From NCBI GenBank assembly GCA_038496445.1, contig JALMLS010000577.1:744001-808000 (forward strand): a DNA stretch of 64,000 nucleotides, in the 5' to 3' direction. The notes beneath the pieces are model-generated. The model worked only from the letters and a program-made list of their open reading frames with translations, had not been told where the DNA came from and did not search any database. The position numbers and the translations under genes are program-made. This DNA comes from Trichosphaerium sp. ATCC 40318. Its lineage: Eukaryota; Protista; Tubulinea. The first letter of the stretch is position 1. Each line of letters begins with the position of its first letter. Positions 1-11,384 of the stretch are shown one piece after another.

Positions 1-2060
1 AATCATGCATTAGTTGTACTCGTGCAAGAACTTCGCGTGGTAGTTTGCTCAACTCTGATTCAAACTTGTTTTTGTTCTCTGCAACAACCATAACGCAGGT
101 CCAAGATAGACTCAGACGGGCAGCCTTAATGGACTTGAAAGTTAAGTGTTTAGCAGCCAGTAGTCCGTATGTACGCGTGGCCCCAGTTTGAGAAGCTGCA
201 AGATCAAGTATGACTTGAATCCAATCCTTTGTGTTAAGAATAGAGTGATGATTCTTATTCAGAGCGAGAACTGCAGCGCTGTATTTACCCAATTAACAAC
301 AAAGACTTTGAAATTGCTAAGAAAAAAGGGAAAGTTATAGCATACCAATATGCTCCTAGTGTCTGCACTTGAGGAATATGTGAAAAACAAGGACCCAAAA
401 AAGGTGTCAGGGTGCTGTATACATGGTGCTCGTCTTCTTTTGCTATCACCTTTACATTTGATGCTTCAACCCAAGCTATATGAAACATGTTAATGCTACA
501 TCAAAGAAAGAAGGAAACGGTGAGTACACCAAGTTTAGGGTTGTGATCCCTATCACACGTAGTGGTGTTAACAAGCGTTTTTCTGCATACCGTTTAGTGC
601 GTCAAATCCTTTGTGTTTATCGACAATCGCAATGTTTTCTTCTACCAATGACAAATTTGCCAACGCTAAAGTATGTGAGGTTATTACTTTTTCTTTCGGT
701 GGTTTACCTAGTGCTGCCCTATATTGCATGTACCATACGGACTGCCTATTTCCAGCCAAGTCTATGTCCAATACATCCATGATTACTGATAGTATATCTG
801 ATCCAGTAAGCATGTTAAGCGCTGCTTTTTTATTCAAAGCCAATTTTTGGAGTGACCCAAAACAACATTGTAATGTTTGATCAGATTCTCTCTTGCATCG
901 TATTTCCTCTTTTAACTCAACAGTTAATATATATCGAACGCGCTTATTCATACCTTTTGCAAGACCAATGAGAGCTGGAACACAACCTTGAAGTAAAACA
1001 GTTAATGCCTCCGAAAACCACAATCTTCGTTAAAAGTTGTAAATCAGCTTACCTTTTTCAACAGCTTCAACGCGACATTCATCTACACTTTAAAGTTAGT
1101 TTGCTACTCATGAATGCATATTTCGCTCTCACCCAAACCGGACAGGAGTAGCATGATGCCTGCGGCTGTCTGTTGCAAATTTAGTTTACTGCTCTGTAAC
1201 ATCGATATACACAATCCTAGTGCACCCTGTTTACTTAGTTAGACTACAAAGCTATCCTATTATAAATATTTAAAGAGCTTACACACTCCACTAAACGTTT
1301 TCTGTGTAGTGTAGTTTCACCGTAGTTCCATATCTAACAATAGTAAGCTTCCATTAATAGTAGTTCGTTAGTATGTTCTACCACGAGTTCAAAAAGAAGA
1401 ACAAGTAAGATGAAAAAACCGCATTTTGGGGGTAAAAATAGAAAAACACGTGCAGCCGACAGTGTACAACACTTGAGTTCTGTGACTTGTTGAGAAGTTT
1501 CAGGACAAGCAATAGCTAAATCTATCAACTGCTTTAAGAGACCAGTAGTATAGACAGTGTCCTTGTAAGGGTGAAATTGTTCTAAACACAGGTTTTTTGT
1601 TATCAGTGAAAGACAAAAAACGACTATTTTATAACGTACTTTGGCCCCAGCCGTGAAACTTTGATGATAGGAAGACGATTACATTAAATATAGTCCTTAC
1701 ACCAACAATTGTACCTTATAGAGTTGTTAACAATCGCGTTGTAATGAATAACGCGGTTGTAAACGATTTTGTTGGTTTTTGTAAACAAAAACGGCTAACC
1801 AGCTTTAAACTCGTCCGTTTTCTCCTTTAAGACGTCTTTTAAGTTTGAACATAAGGTTGCTTGATTCTCAGGCTCCATTAGCTCAAACAGTTGCTAACGG
1901 ACTTAAACCCCGAAGAGCGAGTTCGTACTTTCGTTGAAACAAAGTGATTATTTATTAACTTTACTTACAAGTAGCTAACAAAAAGTATTGCGTTACCTAT
2001 CAACAACTTTTGCAACATCAATAATACTCGCATTAGCAGCTACCACGGCATTAGAGCAGA
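1..2060 (-). CDS. ARM/HEAT-like helical repeat protein with possible C-terminal BC-box/SOCS-like motif (multi-exon; start uncertain; runs off the window edge)
   Basis: Spliced exons include ORFs 568-1023 and 285-488 (LQKLALNKKAALNML, LALANLSLVEEN). The last visible exon reads LSLSWTCVMVVAEN...LSKLPREVLARV, which resembles a BC-box plus cullin box. Confidence 0.5.
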
Positions 2061-2258
2061 AGAAGTTTAAGTGGACTCTTTGCTCAATTGCACGTGATGT
2101 TAAATCTCATGTTGTGTAAGAATAGAGTTCCCCGTTCAGTTTATTTTGCGGTTGTGTGCTTAAGGTATTCAAAGTGTTTATATCAAAAAAGAAAATACAA
2201 TTGTTATAGCGAGGACTTGTAGCTTTTGCGAGGTTTTTTTTTTTGACTTTATTATTTT

Positions 2259-4724
2259 TTATCTTCTTCTCTTGAAAATTTGCATAGCTAGTGATATAAC
2301 AACCTGACCTACAAATCTCGCTACAGTACTTACAATATTTGTTTGATTCCTAAAGACAAAGTAAACCAACCATAGAAAACAACACTGAAAGTCATTGCTT
2401 CGAAAAAAAAGAGAAAAAAAAAATCATCAGAAACTGATATCGTGGACGTACTGTTTTCTAGCTTTAACAAGATAGAAACTAGGTAAAAAGAGGAACAAAC
2501 AAGGATCCAGAATATTTTGCTCATTAACTTCAACTTTATAAGGCGCTCCCAATCTACTACCCATAGTAGCAAATGTATCACGATCAGCATAGAACCTATC
2601 AAACAAAATTAACTGAGAAACAATACCACAAAAAAAAAACAACTGCGCTCCATTCTTTCAGGCGAAAATTGTCACCCACCTACAAGGGCAAAAGGAAAAA
2701 ATAACAGAATATCAAAACACCAAAAAAAGGATAAAAGTAGGCAAATGCAAATTAACGAGAAACCAAATAAAGATAAGTAAAATTCCAAATGAAAAACAAA
2801 CACCAAATATTGGTAAATGGAGTAAAAACGGGCTAGGATAACTTACGCAAAGCTTGTAGTATATCCTCCACCAAAGGGATCATTAACCTTTCTACACTGA
2901 GATATTCTTGTCCCTTGTCCATCAAATACATCATAAAATGTGACAAAGTTTGAGCTGGAGAAAATGCCTTTACTTTGTGGTTGGACTTGTTGCATAGATA
3001 TAACCCTAGACGAATATTAACAACACGCTCAAGTACTAAAACACCGCTAAAAAATACTCTCAAGCAGCAGACACATATAAACTTTGGTCCAAAAAGCCGT
3101 TTGTACCTTTTTGATTTTTCATCCTCAACAAGTATTTTTTCTACACCGTTATCTATGTATCTCCTTGATTTATATCGTAATCTACTCTCTACATAACAGT
3201 CTAAACGCATTCCACTAATAGACATAATATTAATAAAGACAATCACACTAACAACAGACAATTACCTAGCATTGGAAGACACTTCGCGAATGACAGCTAA
3301 AAAAATTGTAAACAAAAAAACTGAAAAGAAAAACAATCCTTCATTTAAATACTTACCATAACTCATACTACTCTCATTTTTAACAGATAAAGTAACAAGA
3401 TTCTGATGTAATACTGGCTCTGGAATAACATAAAACCGTGAGGGTAGAACAAGAATAGTGTCAGATGAACTATATCTCTGTCTAGCTTGTTGATTTCTAA
3501 CTTCTCTCATAACCATTTCCCATGGATCTATACCTCCCATACCATCACCACCCATACCTCCTGCACTTCCCATTCCAGGTCGTCCTTGACCCTTTGATTT
3601 AAAGCGTAAATAATGGATTTTCGTGTTATTTCAACATCCTCAAATTGTTAAAAAGTTACGTACTCGTGCACCATACATATTGCCTCCAGTTGATCTTGAA
3701 AACCAATGATCAAACTCACTATTAGTCCCTTGACCTTGGAAAGGGTTTCTATATAATTAATAAATTACACAGGCACTACGTAACGAAGAACAAAGACTGA
3801 AAACAAAGAGAGAAAAGGCTCATAAAAACGTAAAAACTTTCTGTTAAAAACAACCTTGAAGCGTTAAAAACCCTTCCAAGGTCTAAAACAGACCATTGTA
3901 CATAGTTTCATATTACCTGTAATGACTTTTGTTACGCCTCTGGTTTGTAGAATTATGAGCTTGTTCTTGCTCATAAAACTGGCGTCTGAACTCTTCAAAT
4001 GGATTATCAGTGTATTCAGATGTTGATCCAAAGCCTGTTCGAGTACGAGTCCGGTTTTGTCCTTGAGAAAATCCAGACCTTTGACCACGTCTAGAATACG
4101 ATTGATTCGAGACTTATAGCAGATGGTGTCAGTTGTGTTTGTAGTCGTGAAATTACAGTGTAATAACTAAAAAAAACTGATCAAAATGTCGTACAAGCAC
4201 TACCAGCGCTACCAAATGAGCGAGCGGCGTCGTATTGCGCGCGTGCGTTTTTGTCTTTTAACACCTGACGAATAAGTTGAGTTCAAGGTGTAAAGCGCTA
4301 TTTTGTAGCCGAAAATATTGCAAGTACCTCATATGCGCGCGAAACCGTAACGAATTGCTTTTCCGCTTTTTTATTTCCTTTGTTTTTGTCTGGATGGTAT
4401 TCTTTTGCTTTCTATAGCGTATTAGGACGCGTCTATGTGTTAATAACGTACAGCAAAAAATGCTTTCTTTATATCTGCGTTAGAAGCGCCCTTGTTCAAT
4501 CCAAGATGCCTATAGTAATCCTCTGTCGCGTCTAAAACGGTATTAAAAACAATAACACTAAACTGCTCACGCTGTGTAATTACGTACCCCATTTGACAGC
4601 ATAGCACCTAATAGCAACTCTGTGCAATTTAGGTCGGTGCTGGCCGCTTCTAAGACACCTGTCAGTAAATTAGTGTATTTAATGAATATTATCACGCGTC
4701 CCTATGAGCGTTCTTTAGTAGCAT
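2259..4724 (-). CDS. J-domain (DnaJ/Hsp40, class C) protein with putative mitochondrial presequence
   Basis: Manual splicing gives DYYRHLGLNKGASNADIKKAFFA|KAKEYHPDKNKGNKKAEKQFVTVSRAYE|VLKDKNARAQYD, with the HPD motif. The N-terminus is Arg-rich, followed after the J-domain by a G/F/M-rich linker (ORF 3262-3573) and a non-DnaJ C-terminal domain. Confidence 0.85.
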
Positions 4725-4927
4725 GGACGCATAACGAGGATTGTCCGTAAAAAAAAGTCAATTAACATCAAAGTTACGGACTGTGGCATTTCTTCCTTCG
4801 ATAAGGGACCTAACGCTTTAGGTTTGGTACTGACCACGCAAAATATCGGCATTACTCGGCGGTTTAGTTACATTTGTGTGATTCTCAATTTCAATCAGTC
4901 AATAACTGCAACCCCGAATGACATGCC

Positions 4928-6772
4928 ATGCACAAAACTGATCTAATGAAGCTGGTCCCGCAACAACTGGAGACAAAACAACAATCCAGACACAACGTTT
5001 ACATACTGGCGCAAAATTACCTTGTTGCTTCGTACAACCACTCGTGCACCTATGTAGTGGCGCGTATAAAACAAAGAGACAATTATAAAGTTAGAGGAGG
5101 CAAAAATGATCGAAGTATAGACTCCATGACATTCAGCGATGACTGCTATATCATATCCGTACATAAAAAAGCAAACAAATCGAGCTTGAAAGTCCACAAT
5201 GTAAATACTGGCACAACTGCAAGCATGTCACTTCCAAAACACTTCCTCGCTGCCGTGTACGCTATCGACGCATTTATGAAGGGTTTTATATATTAATACG
5301 ACTCATAGTGCAGCAGAAGGTACAGTTGTTATAATTACAAAGAAATCATTGTACGAAATGCCCTTGGAGTCTTTCCCAGACGAACAGGTATTATGAAAAC
5401 CAAACTACCTGTTTTGAAATTTCGTATTTTACTTCCACTGAACGCAACTAACGAAAGCCTATCTGTTTGAAACGTTTTTTTTAGTTTTTTTGAAATAAAA
5501 TTTAGGAACCTTTTCCTATTCTGTACAATACACGTCCTTATACGTAACTAGGTAATAACAAAGATGAAGGACCCCATCAACGGACGTGTGATTGCCTCAA
5601 AATGTAAGTATAGCAAAAACCGCCTATTAGTATCGTTCGTCGATAGCTTTATACTTTTAGAAGAGGGAGCTATTATTTGTTCAGGTAAGCAACAACGGAG
5701 TACTTTTTTTTCGACGTTTTTTGTGTTTTTTCTAAATACGCAAAATACTGACTTTTTATCAACAAAATAGGATCCTCTAGAGCTGAGAGACGCGCAGCGT
5801 TTTGTCTAGAGATGCCATTCTCTATTTTAGACTTTTACAATAACGCTGTTGTTGGAGCAAACGCAAAGTTTCTAGAACTGTGGTTATTACCACCAGCGCT
5901 TAGTAATAAAAAGTCCATCAAAAGTACGATCCAATAAGAGGCTTACATAGCAAGAATATCGAAAAATTGCTACAAAAAACTAACACCTTTTTTTTGTCTG
6001 TTCAGTACAGTAGTTCTTTTATTGTTTTCACGAGAAACCTTTTTTGTTAACCTTATTTTTCTCACCTACAGATGTGTATTTACAAAATCAGATATCCGCT
6101 ATTTCAGCTGTGTATATAGATAGAAAGTATATAGTTACAGGTAAGTAAAAACGAGTAGTGTAACAAAAATGTGTACTGGTTTTTTTTGATTGATAAAAAT
6201 AGGAAATACTGTTGGCGCATTGGGTGTATTTGATGCTCTTTTTGGTAGCTTAGAACTCAAGATAGATACAGAAAAAGCCTTCCAGCCTAATAATACAACT
6301 GTTATAAGCAAGGTTTATCTAGTAGAAGAGTTCATAATGGCAGTCTCCGGCAACAGTGCGACGATCTACTTTTTTTTTTCTGTACAAGTCACAAACTCTT
6401 TACTTAGGTATCGGCGTATGGACGTTGAACGGCGGAGTACTACTAGACAATATCAAGCTCAAATCAACCATTTTAAGTGTTAAGTACATTGAACATACAC
6501 ACAGAGTTGCTGTCCTTTGTGGTGGTAATAATAAGGCAGCAAGATCAACATCAGATATGGAGTATATTCAATGGAGTCCGAACTTGAAAAAATACAGAAA
6601 AAAGAGCAAAGCTGTTCTAACATTCTCTGGTTCTTCTACGTTTACAAGCACAAGCAGTCCAGAATCAAAGAGTTATCGCAGACATAATAGTGATACAAGA
6701 GGTACAAAAGGAGGGCTTTCTCATAAGGGAAAGAGACGTCTATCAACTGATCTTACGTCTCAAAATTTTTAA
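4928..6772 (+). CDS. WD40-like beta-propeller protein (multi-exon)
   Basis: Beta-strand repeats such as IDSMTFSDDCYIISV, LKVHNVNTG, IVTGNTVGALGVFD and IGVWTLNGGVLLDNI across ORFs 4928, 5564, 6190 and 6356. Confidence 0.55.
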
Positions 6773-6935
6773 TTTAGAACATCTTAAACAAAGAAACTAA
6801 TGTACAATAATAAAAAAACAAGAAAAAATCTAAACTCCACACAGTGTACAAGAGGAGAGTTATCCGTAATGTGACTTCCAGGGCTTGGTTATTACCTGTA
6901 ATCTTATATACAGTGAGGGTTTATAGAACAAACAT

Positions 6936-7893
6936 CTACCACAGCATGTCCACGTCAAAGAGTGCCACATTTTTCTTGACTTTTTGTTTTTGCGATTGCA
7001 CCACTTTGTGGCCTTGTGATCTTCTTTGAGTCGTTTTTCTTTGTACAATCGGTTGGTGGTTGTCTTGTTTGTATACTTTTCTGGTTTTATGATGTGCTAG
7101 TGTGGCTTTGAAAGTGGTTTTAATTTTATCTTTAGTTTTGTAGCTGATGACCTTGTATTTATTCCATTACGTTCTGTTTTACCTCTCCTCTTTACAGGCT
7201 CTTCTTCATCACTTCCTTCCTCAATAACAGAACCAACCAATTGCTGCACGTGTTAGGAATCGAAAAAATGTTACAAAAATATCTTGGCTTTTATCGAGCC
7301 TCTACTTGAGTATGATTGCAAATAAACATGCTCAAAGTAATGCATGTGCTAGGTGCTTCATAGGGTGATAATTACATATAGGTTACAAAGGTTTTCAACG
7401 AGCTTGTTCATAATCATTGAAGAAAATGAACAAACTGTTGTTTGATATCGTATAAAGTATGTATATAGCGTTATTTAACACATACGGCTCCCTCTTCTGA
7501 TTCCATGTAGTCGATTACATCTGTACCAACGTAAACGTCCTCATCTTCAAGTAGTTGTTCTTTTATCGCGCGTTCGTTTGCAACCTTGCGAGTTAAAGCA
7601 TAATTGTAAAGATTTAAACAGAAAATTCATTTTTAAATTGAGGATACTTCCGTATGTTTAACTGGTGCCCATTTACACAAACGTAGGTGTCCTTTGCGAA
7701 CCCATTTTTTGCGCCAGAATTTTGTTAGCTCCTAATTTTGATGTTTAACAACATGTACATTCGTATGAGGTATTACGTAAGCGGGCGTGTGAGCGACTTC
7801 TTCTTCATCTGGTGTATTACGAAATAAATGCGCATTTAAGCCATGAACAGCACCAGAGCGCGTAACTGACGCCTGAGACGCAAACGTGCTCAT
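6936..7893 (-). CDS. Basic nuclear protein with a BCL7-like (SWI/SNF subunit) N-terminal motif
   Basis: One exon reads ELTKFWRKKWVRKGHLRLCKWAPV, similar to the BCL7 signature VRKWEKKWV...LRIYKWVP. Canonical splice sites; the middle exons are uncertain. Confidence 0.45.
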
Positions 7894-8010
7894 TTAATTA
7901 ATTGCTACAATTAATACAACAACGATTCCGAAAAATTATGTCGGAAATGACCTTTGTTAGCAAAAACTGCACCTCTTTTTGTAGTTTGGTTGATCCCTTC
8001 TTGTACAAGC

Positions 8011-11003
8011 ATGTCTTCTAAAAAGCGTAAACCGACGAAGGTTAAAAAGAAGAAAGATAAATACGCTGACAAGACCATTCGCAAATATGAGTGCGCGAGA
8101 AAGTTGTAGTTTTTTTATAACGTATTGTAAGTTCGACGTTACAGTTAAACGATCCCTATCCATTCATACGTAGAAATGATCTAAACTCCTTTCGCGACCT
8201 TGTGGAGAGTAGAAAAATAGGTACGTAACGTTATAGTGGCGAAACTGACACAAACAAAAAGGTCTGGCTGCTTGTGATGATACTATGGATAACTACACAT
8301 TTCTACATCACGCAGCAGAAGCAGGTGCCGTGGGTATAATACGCTATTTGCACACAAAAGATGCCGTTATTGATGCCAAAGATAGCCAAGGCATGACAGT
8401 ACGTTAAAATCGTTCTCTACACTACTTTAGAGTTTATTGCAATTAATTAAACACGTTTTAGCCCTTACATCGAGCTGCACTCTCTTCCCAATATCAAGCA
8501 GCACTGCTTCTTGTTAGATTAGGAGCTAATCCAAACGCAAAGAACAACAATGGACGACAATTAGCAGACTTTCCGTTTCTAATCGGTAAATCAGACTTTA
8601 AAAATAAACTTAAGCGTACGTATCCTAAACAAACTGTATCAATAGAATTAGCGTTAACTATAGAGTAGAAGCTCAACTTGAATATGTTCGCAGGGGCAGT
8701 GGACCTACATCATCAGCAATACCACCAAGCCGTACGTATTAGTAATTATATTTTATCTCGACACTAATTAAATAAAAAGTTGCTGGTGCGAGACTTGGAC
8801 AGAGTACAATATCCAATAGAATTAAAAAGCCTAAACCGTTAGTACCTAAGATGCCAAGGAGAAACAGCAGTACAAATGTTGATATAAATGGCGCATTAAA
8901 AGTTTCTAAAGCGCGAAAACGAAGAGCAAAGTGCGTTACCTCTTTTCTTCTTTTGTTTCGTTTTGAACAATGTGTCTAACGTGATTAAAGGCGAAAGTCA
9001 GCAGTACCTTCAAGGGACGGTAGAAAAAATGAGACGTGGCATAAAGGCCAAAGAAGGCCTACTTATAAACCTTCAGCTGATCGATTACATACTCTTTTTC
9101 CTGATCATTCACGGTCTTCTACACCTAATCCACAACGTCCCAATGGTGCAGGACAACCAGGAGCGCTTCGTAAGAAGCGATCAAGAAGCTTTGAAGTCCA
9201 AAAGCCAAAGTATGCCACTTTTTTCCGTTTTCAAGTTTTTTAAATTGCTTCACTTATCCGTCTTGTGTTTTTTGTTTTAACCTCCTGTCAAGGACTTCTA
9301 CGCAAGTATCATTACCTACACTTACAAGCCAACTTCTTTTCTTGGTGAAACCAACATGTACATCCTCATTTGGGACTCGTGAGTTCGCCGTACGTCTTTT
9401 GCTTTCTTTTTTTCGAGAAAGTTGGAATGAGTCTTAAAGTTTTTTTTCTGTTTAGGCTATGAAGATGGCTGTATCAATAAGGGAATTTGTTTCCTTATTT
9501 GGGAGCGCAACTAAAATTGTTGATCCTTTTTCGGAGGCTAAAACTGTTAATACAGTGAAGGAAGAACAACTTAAGCGTGTTCTTCTGGATGTACAGACTA
9601 CAGCAGGTAATTACATACTTTGATCAACGATACAGCTTTTTATTAATATGTATGTGTATAGGTAGAATAGGCTCTAGCTTTGTACGTATGAGCAGAAGCT
9701 TTCAAACAGCTACAGAGTTTCAGTACGATTGTTATTTTGGATTTAAACCCGAAGAACATCTAACTTATTTTCTATTTTTTAGACAACAGTTGATTGCATT
9801 CTGCAGACATTGTGGTCATGCTTATGTATTTTTTCAACCAGTACAATCTGATGATATTGTACTTGCAACAAAGATGGTGTTGGTAGCGCTAAAACAACTG
9901 AGCAGTAAGCTTGTTATTTTTTCTTTTCTAGCTACTCTGTCCTTTCTTTCTTTTTTCTGATATACAATCGTAGTCTCCACTGGTAGGGATAAAACAAAGG
10001 CTATACAGACCTTGCAAGGGTACTGGATTCATTGCTAATTATATATTGGACTCATTATTGTTTAAAGGAGCTTGATAGAGTTTTACAGTAAGGTTATTGA
10101 CTATGGGTTTATTTCCCAAAAAGCGAGTCAAAAACAACTTTTCGATGGTGTATCGCAAATGTCGCAATGTGCTAGACGTATGATTAATGATGCAAAGAAC
10201 AATAGAGATATGCAGGCGTCATTACAGCGTACTGTATCTCAAATGAAAGTAATCACGCAAGTGTACAAAGGTAGGCTTACACCAACGGTTTTTTTCCTTT
10301 TCAACTGATTGTTTTTGAATGTTATGTATCCTCTGACATTTATATAGCTTCTGTATATGCATCAAGTACTAATCTATCCGGTACTGAACGTGATGAAATG
10401 TTTGCCGCAGCATCTGCGCTGATACAAGTGTTTTGTGATCAACACGAATTAAAAAGAGGTGATCGATTAGATCGCACAGAAAAGGCAATAACGAACGCTT
10501 TGCGTAAAATAAAGACTGGTATAGATACACTACAACAATGCTTTGTATCATCAGATAACGTACGTACTAAAAAAACAAGGAGCAACTGAGTGGTTTTTGT
10601 TAACTTTTTTTTCCTAAGGAGCCAACTTTAGTTCATAAATTAGAACTTCTTAGCTGTATTCTACGACTAGGTGATGATATTGCTATTACTCTTCACCATA
10701 CTCTTGCTCTTTCAAAGCAACGTAAGATAAATATGGCTCATCCTAGCTATATGAAGCTTATTAAAGCTTTAAAGATAGTAGCGCGTGCGACTATTCAAGT
10801 ACGTGTTTGTTTGAAGTGTTTTATTTTTTTTGGAAGTTTTTTGGCATCTTTCTAATGATTATTAGCTTCGTATCCTTGCAGCTGAGCTTATTCTCAGTAT
10901 GGAGGCTAGTCATCATCCTTGGATTATGATACCGCTTATATCACGCTTTATTGGGCATACTATTGCTCAAGTTTTGGATTTCTTCCTAGACTGTGTATTA
11001 TAA
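8011..11003 (+). CDS. Ankyrin-repeat protein with Pro-rich linker and C-terminal helical-bundle region
   Basis: YTFLHHAAEAGAVGIIRYLHTKDAVIDAKDSQGMT|PLHRAALSSQYQAALLLVRLGANPNAKNNNG gives two ankyrin repeats. Many spliced, all-helical exons follow to a TAA at 11001-11003. Confidence 0.75.
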
Positions 11004-11384
11004 ATAAAAAAAACAGGTTTTAGCGAAAAAAAGCGTGTACGTCGTTGTTTTAAACGAAAAAGCGCGTGAGGTTCTCCAAAAAAAGTTTCTTTTCGAAAGA
11101 TATTCGTTCACGCGTTCATGATGCAATGAATACGACAAGCTGCAACACAAGTGCGATAGAATACGATGCAATGCGGTATACTTCACCTTTAATGATTGTA
11201 TTGCAAGCAACCTCATTTTTTTTGAAATCCTTGTTTCTCCCTTTCGCTGTTAGATGTTTGTCTATGAAACATGCACTGTGAATAGGACAGACATTCTATT
11301 TTTCTATTTTAGGCTTTTTTTAACCGAAAAAAAGTTGAACCGACGCGAAAAGTCGCATAATTTTAATTCTATTTATCTTTAGCC

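Noticed and set aside
1870-1940. tRNA-like text (TAGCTCAAA...CTTAAAC...GTTCGTA)
   Set aside because: The stems do not fold, and the minus strand is a coding exon (QLFELMEPENQATLCSNLK) plus a splice junction.
4186-4250. Plus-strand ATG (MSYKHYQRY...) as the start of the WD40 gene
   Set aside because: It is antisense to the J-domain exon VLKDKNARAQYD, which is far better supported.
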